Source: an uncultured Acidobacteriota bacterium
GTDB lineage: Bacteria > Acidobacteriota > Thermoanaerobaculia > Multivoradales > UBA5704
Direction of reading: 5' to 3'
NCBI GenBank assembly: GCA_963770895.1
Contig: CAVYRF010000002.1
Span: forward strand, 64,001-128,000
DNA length: 64,000 nucleotides
The translations under genes were made by a program, and so were the position numbers. Below, in pieces: positions 40,472 to 50,673 of this stretch (position 1 is the first letter of the stretch; each line of letters starts with the position of its first letter). Under the pieces are notes generated by a model. That model saw only the letters and a list, made by a program, of their open reading frames with translations. It was not told where the DNA came from and made no database searches.

Positions 40472-40979
40472 ACCGGGGGGTGGTGTCCCAAAACTGTGTT
40501 GGCGCAAGGACACTATCCGCGGGTGCCGGTGGCGGTCGCCAGCGAGGCGCGACTCGGTGACAGGTGCCCATCGTCGCCGCAATGCCTTTGGGGGTGCTGC
40601 AGGGTGATGAGGGGATGCCGATACTCGCCGCCTGCCGAGCCTTCCAGACCGCTCATCGGCGGTCTCCGCGACAGGAGCGGCAGGTAGGGACTTGCCCCCG
40701 AGGCGTTCTCGGGCGCCCGTCACCGGCCAGCGGTCAAGGGTGCGACTTCACCGGCGCCCGCCACCGACCTGGGGAGAACGGCTCGGCAGGCGAAGCTCCC
40801 CCGGCCACCGGCCAGGACCGGCAGGCGGGTTTCGTCTCACATTTCGCCGCTGGTGCACGCCAGCCAACCGAGGCTTTCTTCTGGAAACGCAAGGCGGCAA
40901 TAGGTTAAAATCTATAAAACGCAAATCGGCGTTCGCTGCCAGGGACGCCAACAACGAATCGAGAAAAGGAGACGACTGC

Positions 40980-41240
40980 ATGAACCGCTCACGAAACCTC
41001 TTGCTGGGCGCGATGCTGGCCCTGATGGCGCTGGCGGGTTGGGCCCAAGTGCAAGCTCAGGGGTGTAGTTTGGTGTGCACCTGTGTGAAGCTATGTGGCT
41101 TCGACTACGCAAGTTGCGAAAGCGCTTGCAAGGGCGAAAAGACCTGTCTGGCCACCTGCGCCGCCAACCACGATGCTTGCGTGAGCAACTGCCAAAATGA
41201 CATCGAGGTAGCGAAATTGCCTACTGGCAAAACCAGATGA
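40980..41240 (+). CDS. Secreted 10-Cys small protein with CX3C repeats
   Basis: AAAGGAG RBS, signal peptide ending in AQVQA, mature CSLVCTCVKLC...CESAC...CLATC...CVSNC. Confidence 0.78.
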   Translation: MNRSRNLLLGAMLALMALAGWAQVQAQGCSLVCTCVKLCGFDYASCESACKGEKTCLATCAANHDACVSNCQNDIEVAKLPTGKTR

Positions 41241-41672
41241 CTTAAAAGAGACGAGTTACCGAATAACGGGATTTCTCGCAGGCCAGCGCTCGTGAAGGTG
41301 AGGTGCGCCTGTTCTCAGCCACGCCGCGGAGCTGCATTGAACGCTGTCCAGGTCGTGCGAGCGCTGCTGGTCGAGGAAATGAGCAGCTCCCACCCCAGTG
41401 GCCTGCCCGGTGAGCTCGCTTGCCATCCGCTCGCCCTCTGGCCCCCTGGCGGCGTTGCGACCTGCCGGAAGTGCCGGGACAGGCGACAGCCCCGGCCGCC
41501 TCCTCGACATATCCCTGCCATGCCTGCGCGCACCGCCGCCTGCAGCCTGTGCGCCGTCCCAGCCGGAGCTTCTTTAGGGCGCCCGGCGGGTAGTGGCGGT
41601 CACGTCTTGGCGACCTGGCGACACGAGAACTCGTGTACGCAGGAAAACGAAACCTACCCCAGGGAGTGCCAC

Positions 41673-41933
41673 ATGTCTCGATTCGCCTCTCTCCAGTCAC
41701 GTATTGCGCTTCTCCTCATTCTTGTCGCCGTCATCGCGGCGCTGGTGCTTCTCCCGGCGGCTCCAGCCGCGGCCTCTTCCCAATGCCCCAGCCGCTCCTG
41801 CCTGGTAACCGGCGCCATATACTTCAACGACGCCAACCACGATCAGGAGGTAGGCCAGTGCAGCTGCCAGCACTGTACAGGGGAGCAAACCGCCTACTGG
41901 CAGTCGGTCCCGGCCTGCTGCCCCTGCACGTAG
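41673..41933 (+). CDS. Secreted Cys-rich small protein, DUF6289-like
   Basis: GGGAG RBS, signal peptide, YFNDANHDQEVG..C...CTGEQTAY motif. Confidence 0.72.
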   Translation: MSRFASLQSRIALLLILVAVIAALVLLPAAPAAASSQCPSRSCLVTGAIYFNDANHDQEVGQCSCQHCTGEQTAYWQSVPACCPCT

Positions 41934-42094
41934 CACGACAGTTTACTGACGGGGGTCGGGCTCGGCTCACCGGTCGTGTCCTGGTATGAAACGACCGCCG
42001 CTCGCCGTCGAGGCCGCGACGGCCCAGCCGCCCTCGTCCTGCTTGGCTGCGGTAGCGTCCTGTTGGGACAGCACCCAAGACGTGGTGCTGTCCT

Positions 42095-42229
42095 AAATCA
42101 CGTCCCGCTCGCACCAGCTCCACCAGCTGGCGGCGAAACTCCGCGGCGCACGGCGCTCGGTGTCTCTGTGGCATCGTGGACTCCTCTCTCCCAAATCATG
42201 GGGTTGTCCACGAAACCGGGGTAACTCCA
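42095..42229 (-). mobile_element. IS3-family left-end remnant
   Basis: IRL-like TGGAGTTACCCCGGTTTCGTGGACA, GAGGAG RBS, truncated OrfA MPQRHRAPCAAEFRRQLVELVRAGR; inner boundary approximate. Confidence 0.72.
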
Positions 42230-42328
42230 CATCTGGCGCGGGATGATCTCCGCCCCACCAGCCATCCTCGTCGGTGATTGAACCCTGTCGCTACGTCTTG
42301 TAGTATTCTCGCCAGGAGGTATTTAAAA

Positions 42329-42688
42329 ATGCGCAAATACCATTTGGCTGTGGTGCTTGCAGGGCTCTGTGGGCTCGCCGGGGCGTTCGGCGGTGCCGCC
42401 CACGCCGCGAGCGGTCCCATGTCGCCGGCACCGGCGCCGACCGCGGACACGCTGGCCCCGTGGCTTCATCCAGCCCTGAATATGACTCAGTCTTGCCAGC
42501 AGATTCCCAATCTGCCCGCGCCAACGCGGCTGATCTGCGGCACCACCAGCGTGCCCACCTCCTGCGTCGGCAAGGTCATCTACAACGCCATCTGCGGCAT
42601 CGGCGCCGGCGGTTACTGCCTTTATTGCTGGCAGGGCGACGGGCCGCCCGACGACTTCGGCAATTATCCCTGCGACTGCCGCAACTAG
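42329..42688 (+). CDS. Secreted Cys-rich small protein, probable paralogue of 15494-15868
   Basis: AGGAGG RBS, signal peptide, Pro linker, CG..S.P..C.G...N..CG.G...C...CxC. Confidence 0.78.
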   Translation: MRKYHLAVVLAGLCGLAGAFGGAAHAASGPMSPAPAPTADTLAPWLHPALNMTQSCQQIPNLPAPTRLICGTTSVPTSCVGKVIYNAICGIGAGGYCLYCWQGDGPPDDFGNYPCDCRN

Positions 42689-42936
42689 CACCGCGGCAAG
42701 ATCGGGTCTGGAAGGGCGGCGCCGCCCTCGCGTCCCTGGCGCAGGGCGGCGGAGCCGCAGGCCCGGCCACCGCCCTGCTCGTCACGCTCAGGGACCTGGC
42801 GGCCCCTGCATCCGCTCCAACCGCTGTTCGCGCCACCCGACCCAGGAAGAGCGGCACCGGCGGCGGTCAGGCGCGATCGACACATGATTGCGCACATTGT
42901 TTATTTATGAATGCAGCTATCTGAAAAGGAGAGGAT

Positions 42937-43428
42937 ATGCGTCGCTTTGCCCTGCTTGTTGTGGCCCTCGCCCTCGTCGCCGCCGGTCCCGCCGCCGCGG
43001 TCAACGTCTACTGGACCTCGGTCGGGTCGGCGGGCACCGTCGATCCCACCAGCGTCGTGCCGTTCTACAACGGCGCCGCCATCGAATACCCCACCACTTC
43101 CGCGGCGGAGCAGCCGATCATCGTCCGCTACAACGTCACCGATACCAACCTGAACAACGATCCGGGCTGGACCACCCTGGAAGTCGGCACCGCCGGTATC
43201 GCCGCCACGGACACCGTGCAGGTCACCCTCTTCGCGGTCGGCATGTGCAGCGAAACCCTCACCGCGCTCTGCTCGGTCACCATCACCGGTGGGCCCATCT
43301 GCCCGGCCGAATGCCAGTTCAGCTCGTCCGCCTTCGACTTCAGCAGCCACGCCTACTTCATCGAGGCCGTGCTGAGCCGTACCAGCACCTCGGTCAACCC
43401 GCAGCTGTTCTACCTGAGCATCCACTAA
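42937..43428 (+). CDS. Secreted beta-rich hypothetical protein (4 Cys)
   Basis: AGGAGAGG RBS, signal peptide, genome-typical codon usage. Confidence 0.8.
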   Translation: MRRFALLVVALALVAAGPAAAVNVYWTSVGSAGTVDPTSVVPFYNGAAIEYPTTSAAEQPIIVRYNVTDTNLNNDPGWTTLEVGTAGIAATDTVQVTLFAVGMCSETLTALCSVTITGGPICPAECQFSSSAFDFSSHAYFIEAVLSRTSTSVNPQLFYLSIH

Positions 43429-43433
43429 ATGCG

Positions 43434-43465
43434 CTCGGGCCCCGGCCGGCAAGCCGGGGCCCGAG
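43434..43465. terminator. 13-bp GC hairpin just after the stop (no U tract)
   Basis: CTCGGGCCCCGGC / GCCGGGGCCCGAG. Confidence 0.5.
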
Positions 43466-43599
43466 AGTGTTCCTGCCTGCCGAACAAGGTCACCGATGCT
43501 CCACTGGCGCCGGGTCAAGCCGGCCCGCCATCGCCGGGGTCACGACCCCATGGCCGACATAGCCGTTTCGGAGTCGATCGCGCTTGACCGGAAGCACCT

Positions 43600-43701
43600 T
43601 TATGGAAAGGGTATCCCGATCCAGATAGCAGCAACAGCAAAGGTCATTGCCAAAGCAGCGATTGAACCGGGCATTGAAATCTTCTTTGTTGGTCTATTCA
43701 C
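43600..43701 (-). pseudogene. Lower-GC 33-aa ORF that is essentially only a signal peptide
   Basis: GTG-start translation MNRPTKKISMPGSIAALAMTFAVAAIWIGIPFP. Confidence 0.3.
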
Positions 43702-43893
43702 TCGACCCACCGCTCTAGAAGGGTTCTTCCCATCATCGAGACTGACAAGGGTTTATGCTTCGCGCCACCGGGGGGCCGCGGCGGCCCAAAGGGCGGACGG
43801 GAGGCTCGTCGGGGAGGAGGTGGGGGGAGACGGGGCCGCCCCACAGCAGGCGCAGGGCGGCGGTTGCCTCCGAAGCTTTTCGGCAGGAGCTGA

Positions 43894-44157
43894 TCAGTTG
43901 CAGCTGATCTTAACAACCGTGTCGTAATCGGTGATGTCACCGGTGCAGGTCCACGTCTGGCAGCAGCCGTGGTGACACGAGCCCACCACGGTCTGATGGC
44001 TGGCGTTGTTGTAGTAGGTGATCGTAACGATATTAAAATCGTCGCAGACGGCGGCTGCCGACCTCTGCTGGGGGCCGACCATGGCCACGGCAAACACCGC
44101 CAACACGATCGCCAGCAGGCTCAGACGTCGCAGCGTGGAGGTCCTCGATCCCACCAT
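43894..44157 (-). CDS. Secreted Cys-rich small protein, DUF6289-like
   Basis: GAGGAG RBS, signal peptide, TYYNNASHQTVVGSC...CTGDITDY...C. Confidence 0.78.
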   Translation of the reverse strand: MVGSRTSTLRRLSLLAIVLAVFAVAMVGPQQRSAAAVCDDFNIVTITYYNNASHQTVVGSCHHGCCQTWTCTGDITDYDTVVKISCN

Positions 44158-44387
44158 TTTCTTCTCCTCTTGTAAGAGCCTTTGATTGTAACATACCAGG
44201 TAGCATGGACTCCACCTAGAGGACCGCCAAGCCAAGAACACCGCCCTCAACATGTCCCTGCCAACGAGCTACTACGACCGGCTGGGAGTATCCAGGCCTG
44301 CCTCGTAGCCAGCGGGATGGGTCGACCGGCCGCGGTGCTGCTCCACCCCACCCCGCTGGTAACGCTCGTCGCTCAGCGCCGTCCGGC

Positions 44388-47362
44388 CGGCGCCTCTGGC
44401 CCCCGACGCACCCGTCGCGGCGTCAGGGCTTGCCGACCAGCTGCACCGCGGCGATCTCGTTCCAGCCCTGGCTCAGCGCCGAGACCGGATCGATCCGCGT
44501 TGCGCGGGACGCGGCAACCGCGATCACCGCGAAGGCAAGGCCGACGACTGTGCCCAGGCTCAGGCACTAGAGCCGCACTGCAATGCAGACGCCCACGGCC
44601 GGCTGGCCGCGAGCGCTACGGCGCCCCCTGGAGCGCCGCCAGCGTGCTCACCAGCTGCCCGATATTGGCGATCGGATAGGTGTCGTTCCGCGCCTGGACC
44701 GCGGCGCCGTAGCTGCCGAACTGGGCGAAGTTCGCGGTGGACGCGTACGCGGCGGGGACCTCCCCGCCGAGCCCCGTCCCCAGATAGCTCAGCAGAGCCA
44801 TCCACTCCTTCAGCTCCTGGACGCCCCCGCTGCCGGGAGCGGCGTCGATGCGATTGGCCAGCAGACCGGGCAGATCGGCTCCCGTCAGCACCGCGCCGCC
44901 GGTGGCGGAGGCGTACGGCGTGATGGCGATGCCGAACTCGCTCTCGACGGCGCCGAGCAGCAGCAGCGCGTAAAGATCCACCGCCACCCGCACCCTTACC
45001 GCTTCGGTGAGGGCGGAGGCGGCGCCGGTATTGGTGAGATCGTTGGGGGCGAAACCGTACACGGTGTCGATGGCGGCGACGGCCTTGGACACCACCAGCG
45101 CGCTCAGCGTGGTCGTGCCGGCGGCGCTGTCCGCCGCCGCGGCCGCGGCCACGACTCCCAGCGCGCCGAGGTTGACGGCGATCTCTTGGTTGTTCGGCGC
45201 TACGTCATTCAGCGCCACCATGGCGGCGGCGTACGGATTACCGCCGGCGTAAGCCGCCAGCAGCGCCGCGCCGCTGTCGGTCCCCAGGCTGGCCAGGGCG
45301 CCCAGGGCTTGCAGCGCCACCGGCGAACCGGCGCCAGCTTTCTGGCTCGTCACCTGGAGCACGCCCGCCGCGGTGGCGTACTTGAAGTAGTCGTATGACT
45401 CCGCGTCCTTGAGGACGTAGCGAAGGCCGGAAAGATTCAGATAAAACTGAGACGATACGAGATTGCTCTGCGCCACCAGCTGGAGGGCGCACACCTTCTG
45501 GATGTCGCCGAGACCGAGGTACGCCGAGATCGCCGGGTAGCCCACCGGCAGCGCCTGGGTGGGATCCGGCGAGATCCCGAGCGGCAGAACGTTGTAGACG
45601 TCGGCGAAGCTCAGGGGAACGCCGGCGCGCAGCTTGCCGCGCAGAACGCCCGTCGCCACCACCGCGGTTTGGAACGGCGTGAAGTCGTAGCCGGGGAGGT
45701 TGCTGGGCGTCTGCGCGATGATGGCGTTGGGAACGTTGCGCAACGCGTCCGCGGCGAGGTCGCCGAGGCCGTTGGGCGACAACACCGGATTCGTCTCGTT
45801 CGACACCATGTCCTGCGCCGCGGTGCCCACCGGATGATAGATACCGGTGGCGAGGTTCGCCGGATCGTAGTCGGCGAAAGTCTGGCTGAAGAAAGCGGCC
45901 AGCGCTGCGTTGAGCTGTAGATCCGCGGACCTGACGAGCGCCGCGACTCCCGGATCGGGCTTCAACGTCCGGTGAATGCCGACGCGGATCGCGGCAAGGC
46001 TGGCGTCGGTCATGATCAGATTGCTGGAAGCGTCGGCGGTGGTCGATTGGGTGGCCGCGTGATACGTCAGATCGATGCGGGCGACGTTGGTGCCGAAGGC
46101 GCCGGCGTCGATGATCTGGGTGTTCCAGCTGCCGTTGGGCACCGCGTGCGCGGAAGCCAGCGGCGTGTGAGTGTGGCCGGACGCGATCACGTCGATGCCG
46201 GTCACGTGCCGGGCCAGGTCCACGTCCTCGCCGTTGAGGCCGGCGGCGTCGGTGCCGGAGTGGGAGAGGGCGATGACGATTTGCACGCCCGACCTCTGCC
46301 GCAGACCGTCCACCAGAGCCTGGATGGCGGCGTAGTCGATCGTGAAGCTCACCGGCGCCGAACCGGGCGCATCCAGTGCCGCCTCCTTGCCCATGAGCCC
46401 GATGTAGCCCACCTTGAGGCCGTTCGACAGCTGCTCGACGCGCGTGCTCTGGATGGCCTTGCCGTCGCCGACAAAGGGCGCGAGATCGGTATTGCCGCCG
46501 AGATTCATGTTGGACGCCACGATCGGGGTGCGAAACGAGAACCCGCCCGCCGCCGCGCCGAGCATCCGCGCCAGCCCCTTGGGCGTGTAATCGAACTCGT
46601 GGTTGCCGAGCGTCACGCAGTCGTACTGCATGACCTTGAGGAACTTGAGCGCCAGCGGCCGCGAGCCCAGCGTCAGGTCGTAGAGGGTGCCCATCGTCCA
46701 ATCGCCGGAGTCCACCAGGACCACCGGATGACCCGCGCTGGCGCGGACGAAGCTCACGTAGGAGGCGATTCGCGCATAGGCGCCGGTGACGCTCCTGCCG
46801 GACGCCGGATCGACGTCCAGGCCGACATGATCGGACCCGTTGGCGTGATCGTGCAGATCGGTGGTCTGCAGGATGGTGATCTGGGAGTCGCCGACAGGAT
46901 GACGCTTGCCGGCGTCGCCCAGCCCCGCGGCGCCCTGCGCGCACAATCCTGCCGGCAGCGACAGCACGACGAGCACGCAGATTGCAGCGGCCAATCCGAG
47001 CTTTCTGGACCTCACGGTTCTCCTCCTTCGCCTTGGTTCGGCAACCGGCGCACGCACGCGGTGCGGCGTGGTGGGCCAAGGCAAGTCTTCTCTACGGCGG
47101 ATGGCAGCAGCTTACCATGCGCGGGATCGGCGCTCGATCGCGGCGCCGGCAATGTGAAGGGTCGACTTCGCGCCCGGTGACATGCCTCAACTGCTTGCCT
47201 GCACGGCCGTTCTGTTGCCCCGGCCGCGGCGCGCCTGACGGCGCGACCGTGCTCGGGCCGGGAGCCGGAGGCGCCGGCCGGGCGGCGCCTCCGGCCCCCG
47301 CCGCACCCGTGCGGCGTCAGGGCTTGCCGACCAGCTGCACGGCGTCGATCTCGTTCCAGCCC
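44388..47362. repeat. About 80-bp imperfect direct repeat (44388-44468 and 47283-47362) bracketing the nucleotidase gene
   Basis: Copies encode GWNEIAAVQLVGKP* and GWNEIDAVQLVGKP* plus shared 3' flank. Confidence 0.9.
44616..47015 (-). CDS. Exported 5'-nucleotidase-family metallophosphoesterase
   Basis: TDLH, VDSGD, LGNHEFD, LSHSG, SGHTH; GTG start after AGGAGGAG. Confidence 0.87.
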   Translation of the reverse strand: MRSRKLGLAAAICVLVVLSLPAGLCAQGAAGLGDAGKRHPVGDSQITILQTTDLHDHANGSDHVGLDVDPASGRSVTGAYARIASYVSFVRASAGHPVVLVDSGDWTMGTLYDLTLGSRPLALKFLKVMQYDCVTLGNHEFDYTPKGLARMLGAAAGGFSFRTPIVASNMNLGGNTDLAPFVGDGKAIQSTRVEQLSNGLKVGYIGLMGKEAALDAPGSAPVSFTIDYAAIQALVDGLRQRSGVQIVIALSHSGTDAAGLNGEDVDLARHVTGIDVIASGHTHTPLASAHAVPNGSWNTQIIDAGAFGTNVARIDLTYHAATQSTTADASSNLIMTDASLAAIRVGIHRTLKPDPGVAALVRSADLQLNAALAAFFSQTFADYDPANLATGIYHPVGTAAQDMVSNETNPVLSPNGLGDLAADALRNVPNAIIAQTPSNLPGYDFTPFQTAVVATGVLRGKLRAGVPLSFADVYNVLPLGISPDPTQALPVGYPAISAYLGLGDIQKVCALQLVAQSNLVSSQFYLNLSGLRYVLKDAESYDYFKYATAAGVLQVTSQKAGAGSPVALQALGALASLGTDSGAALLAAYAGGNPYAAAMVALNDVAPNNQEIAVNLGALGVVAAAAAADSAAGTTTLSALVVSKAVAAIDTVYGFAPNDLTNTGAASALTEAVRVRVAVDLYALLLLGAVESEFGIAITPYASATGGAVLTGADLPGLLANRIDAAPGSGGVQELKEWMALLSYLGTGLGGEVPAAYASTANFAQFGSYGAAVQARNDTYPIANIGQLVSTLAALQGAP

Positions 47363-48174
47363 GGCACGGCGTTGGTGGCGAGGGTCACCTTGACGCGGTT
47401 CACCTTGTAGGAGGTCACCGGGAACTTGAGCAGCAGGTAGTTGAGCTCCTTCGTCGGGTCGTCGCCGGTCCAGATGCGGTGCGCCACCCCGGCGTCGTCG
47501 ATCAGCTCCACCTTCACCACCGCTCCCGATCCCTGCGACTCGCGGACGCGCACCTCGGTGGCGTGCACCGGCTTGGCGTACTTGAGGTCCAGCCACTCGA
47601 TGCCGCCGTCCTGGGTGCTCGGCGCCCACGCCTTGCCGTTGTCGCTATACGATTCGACGTTGGGCACACCGGTCGCCTGCATGGGGGAAAAGGTATCGTT
47701 GCCCAGATGGTTGGTGTAGCTCGAAGAGGCGGTCGCCGAGGTCGCCCACTGGCCGTCGGGATCGTTCTTGATGTCGTCCTGGTGCAGCGACCACTGCGCC
47801 GCGGCCTTGCGGGACGGGGCCTCTTCCGCTCCCGCCTTGATCGTCGGCGAGCCGGTCGTCGCCGAAGCCTCGGCGACGGTGTCGGTCGACTGTCCCGTGA
47901 TGGGCGCGGCGGCGGTTCCGGAGCTCATCGCCCCGGCGTCCGAGCTCATCGGCGGCGCCGCCTCGGCGGTCGTTGCGGGGGTCGTCGCGGGAGCCGCCGC
48001 TGGCGCCGCGGCCGGAGCCGGTTCGGGCGCCGGGGCGGCGGCGGGCGCGCTCGCCGCCGTGTTGTCGCCCTCCTCCTGCTTCTTGTGGCATCCGGTCGTC
48101 ACCACCGGCAGCAGCCCGCAGAGGGCGAGCGCCAGGCAGCTTGAACCGAGACTGAGACGAGGCTTGGCATCCAT
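47317..48174 (-). CDS. Lipoprotein with Ala/Pro linker and discoidin/galactose-binding-like domain
   Basis: TTGCHKK lipobox; QWATSATASSSY, AWAP, EWLDL, NEIDAVQL. Confidence 0.7.
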   Translation of the reverse strand: MDAKPRLSLGSSCLALALCGLLPVVTTGCHKKQEEGDNTAASAPAAAPAPEPAPAAAPAAAPATTPATTAEAAPPMSSDAGAMSSGTAAAPITGQSTDTVAEASATTGSPTIKAGAEEAPSRKAAAQWSLHQDDIKNDPDGQWATSATASSSYTNHLGNDTFSPMQATGVPNVESYSDNGKAWAPSTQDGGIEWLDLKYAKPVHATEVRVRESQGSGAVVKVELIDDAGVAHRIWTGDDPTKELNYLLLKFPVTSYKVNRVKVTLATNAVPGWNEIDAVQLVGKP

Positions 48175-48416
48175 GGCAATTCTCCTCGGAGACCCTGGAA
48201 ATGGCGTGGGCTGCCCCCATCATATCGAGAAAGAGCAATGCCGGTGGGCCTGAGAACATGCGAGCCGCGCCCCAAACTACAACCCTACCCCCGGGGCCGG
48301 CCCGCCGAGAAAACGCCCTGATAGATTGGGCGCGCGGGCGCTCATACGCTTCGCCTCCGTAGACGGACAGGATGGGCCGCTTTCCGCGCCGCCGGCTCCG
48401 TCTACAATCGCGCTCC

Positions 48417-49784
48417 ATGACCGACGACAGTGCGTTGGAGGAGGCCCGCCGGCCGCGACGGTGGCTGGCCGCGGTGCTGCTGGTTCGCCAGGTGTGGCTG
48501 GCAGTGGGGCTGACGCTGCTGCTGCTGGCGGTTGCCGAGGCCGGCGCGCGCCTGGTGCTGCTGGCGCGCCCGCCGGCGGTCGATCCGCGGGTGCATGCCG
48601 ACGCCTACGCGGGGGCGCCGTGGGTGGCCGGGCTCTACGCCGAGATCGCCCAGGTCGGGCGGATGCGCTGGGAGCCATACGTCTATTGGCGGCGGGTGGC
48701 ATTTGCCGGCCGCTTCGTCAACGTCGACGAGCGCGGGCTACGGCGGACCTGGCAGCCGCCCGAGGCCGCGGCGCTCGCGGGAGCGGCGAGGCCGGGGGCA
48801 GCGGCGGCGGTGTCGGGGGCGGAGGCGGGGGCGGGGGCGGCGGTCAAGCCGAAGGGAACGGTGACGGGGGGCGCCGCACCGGCGGCGCTGCCGCGTCTGT
48901 TTTTTTTGGGCGGCTCGGCGGCGTGGGGCAGCGGCGTGCGCGACGACCACACCATCGCCTCGGAGCTGGCGCGCTGGCTCGCCGCCCACGGCGCGCCGGC
49001 GCTGGTGACCAACTACGGCGAGTCGGGTTACGTCTCCACCCAGGCGCTGCTGGTCCTGGTGCGCGAGCTGCAGCGCGGCGCGGTGCCCGACACCGTGGTG
49101 CTCTACGGCGGCGCCCTGGACGTGTCGAGCGCGACCGCGGCGGTGGGGCGGGTCGGGGTGCCGCTCAACGAGGGGAACCGCGAGCGCGAGTTCGATCTGC
49201 TGCGCCATGCGCGGCGCCTGGTGCCGGCGGCGCTGCGGGTGGTGGCGGCACGCTCGGCGCTGGTCAAGCTTGCCGGCTTCCATCTGCAACAGCCGCCGGC
49301 GGCGCCGGCGCCGCCGCTCACCCCAGCGCTCGCCGACGCGGTGGCTGGCGAGCTCGCCGCCAATCGCCGCATCCTCGCGGTGCTGGCGGCGAGCTACGGC
49401 TTCCGGCTGATCTGGGTCTGGGAGCCGTCGATCCTGGAGAAGCCGCAACTGACCGCGTATGAGCGATCCTATTGCAATCGCCTACCCACGCCGCTGCGCG
49501 GCTGGCAGCCCATGGTGGTGAGCCGGCTGCGGCGCGAATGGAGCACCAGCGGCGGCGGCGGCGCCAGCGGTGACGCCGCGTGCGAGGTCCTGTTCCTGGA
49601 TGACCTGTTCGCGCCAATCGCGGCGCCGCGCTTCATCGACCAGAGCCACACCAGCGAAACCGCGAACGCCGAGGTGGCGGCGGCGATCGGCGGGCGCCTG
49701 CTGGCTGCAGGGTGCGGCGGCCTCAGGCGCCGCCCCGCCACCGACTCCACCGTCAGAAACTCCTGCCCGTCCTGGTCCAGCTAG
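48417..49784 (+). CDS. Membrane-anchored SGNH/GDSL-hydrolase-like protein
   Basis: N-terminal TM helix, FLGGSAAWG block I, NYGESGY, FIDQSH. Confidence 0.7.
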   Translation: MTDDSALEEARRPRRWLAAVLLVRQVWLAVGLTLLLLAVAEAGARLVLLARPPAVDPRVHADAYAGAPWVAGLYAEIAQVGRMRWEPYVYWRRVAFAGRFVNVDERGLRRTWQPPEAAALAGAARPGAAAAVSGAEAGAGAAVKPKGTVTGGAAPAALPRLFFLGGSAAWGSGVRDDHTIASELARWLAAHGAPALVTNYGESGYVSTQALLVLVRELQRGAVPDTVVLYGGALDVSSATAAVGRVGVPLNEGNREREFDLLRHARRLVPAALRVVAARSALVKLAGFHLQQPPAAPAPPLTPALADAVAGELAANRRILAVLAASYGFRLIWVWEPSILEKPQLTAYERSYCNRLPTPLRGWQPMVVSRLRREWSTSGGGGASGDAACEVLFLDDLFAPIAAPRFIDQSHTSETANAEVAAAIGGRLLAAGCGGLRRRPATDSTVRNSCPSWSS

Positions 49785-49851
49785 GCACCGGTGGGCCCCG
49801 CCGCCGGCGGCAGGGCGCCGCCGGCTGGCGAAGCGATGTGCGCGCGCTGCC

Positions 49852-50673
49852 TTACGGGCAGGTCGCGAACGCCGAGGTGTCCTGAATCGGCTGGAACTCG
49901 GTGTTGGCCGGGTTTGTGTACGTCTTGGTGGCGTTGGTCTGCAGGTCGGTCACCGTGATGACCGTGTTGACGTTGGTGAGACCGCCGGCGAAGACCCAGT
50001 ACGCATTGTCGACCGGGCAGCCGTCGAGCACCTTGATCACCGCTTCGACGTTGGTCGAGGAGAAAAACCACAGGTAGCCGGTATCCGACGTCAGCTGCAC
50101 GGCATTGGCGTTGCCCGAGCCGCTGGCGCCGGCGTTAAAGGTGGCGCGCACCTGGAAGCGCCCGTTGCTCAGGCAGAGAGTGTTGGGGTCGTTGGGGCAG
50201 TTCGTGGTCGTGCTGCCGCAGGTGAACTTGAAGGTGTAGTTGCCCGACTGGCTGGCGGAGGTGTTAGTCACCGCCCAGGTCCAGTTGCCCGCCGCGTTGA
50301 GCGAAGAAGGCACCGTGACCGTGCCGGGCCCCTGGAAGTCGGACGAAGAGGTGAGCACGTCGCCCGAAGGGTTGAGCAGCTCCAGGACGGGATCGAACTC
50401 CGTGCTGGTCAGGGTGCCGGTCACCGATTCGGAAACCGTGCCGGCGAACTGGTAGTACTGCACCGGCGTGCCGTCCGGCAGGGTGCAACCCCCGGATGCG
50501 AGAGTGCCGTTGACCGTGGAACCGCAGGTGATCGCCTGCGGGGTACACGCTGCTGTCGCCCTGACTTCGGCCAGTCGCTGCGCGACCGCGCCGTCCTTTG
50601 CGGATGCCTGGGCCAGACCAAGAGTGGGGGTGACGAGGGCGGCGCAGAGTGCGGTGAGCAAAACGTATCGCAT
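49852..50673 (-). CDS. Secreted protein: PPC-like domain plus LCLxxGRF C-terminal domain
   Basis: Signal peptide; STEFDPVLEL; LCLSNGRFQV...GYLWFFSSTNVEAVIKVLDGC...WVFAGGLTNV. Confidence 0.8.
   Translation of the reverse strand: MRYVLLTALCAALVTPTLGLAQASAKDGAVAQRLAEVRATAACTPQAITCGSTVNGTLASGGCTLPDGTPVQYYQFAGTVSESVTGTLTSTEFDPVLELLNPSGDVLTSSSDFQGPGTVTVPSSLNAAGNWTWAVTNTSASQSGNYTFKFTCGSTTTNCPNDPNTLCLSNGRFQVRATFNAGASGSGNANAVQLTSDTGYLWFFSSTNVEAVIKVLDGCPVDNAYWVFAGGLTNVNTVITVTDLQTNATKTYTNPANTEFQPIQDTSAFATCP

Noticed and set aside
40427-40723. Upstream extension of the leader ORF (137 aa, or a start at ATG 40447)
   Set aside because: These starts lie within or upstream of the -10 box, so they would not be on the transcript.
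49784-49794. GGCACCGGTGG matching the tRNA-His 3' end as a possible att site
   Set aside because: Only 11 bp in GC-rich DNA, no integrase, and it would enclose the core gene hisS.
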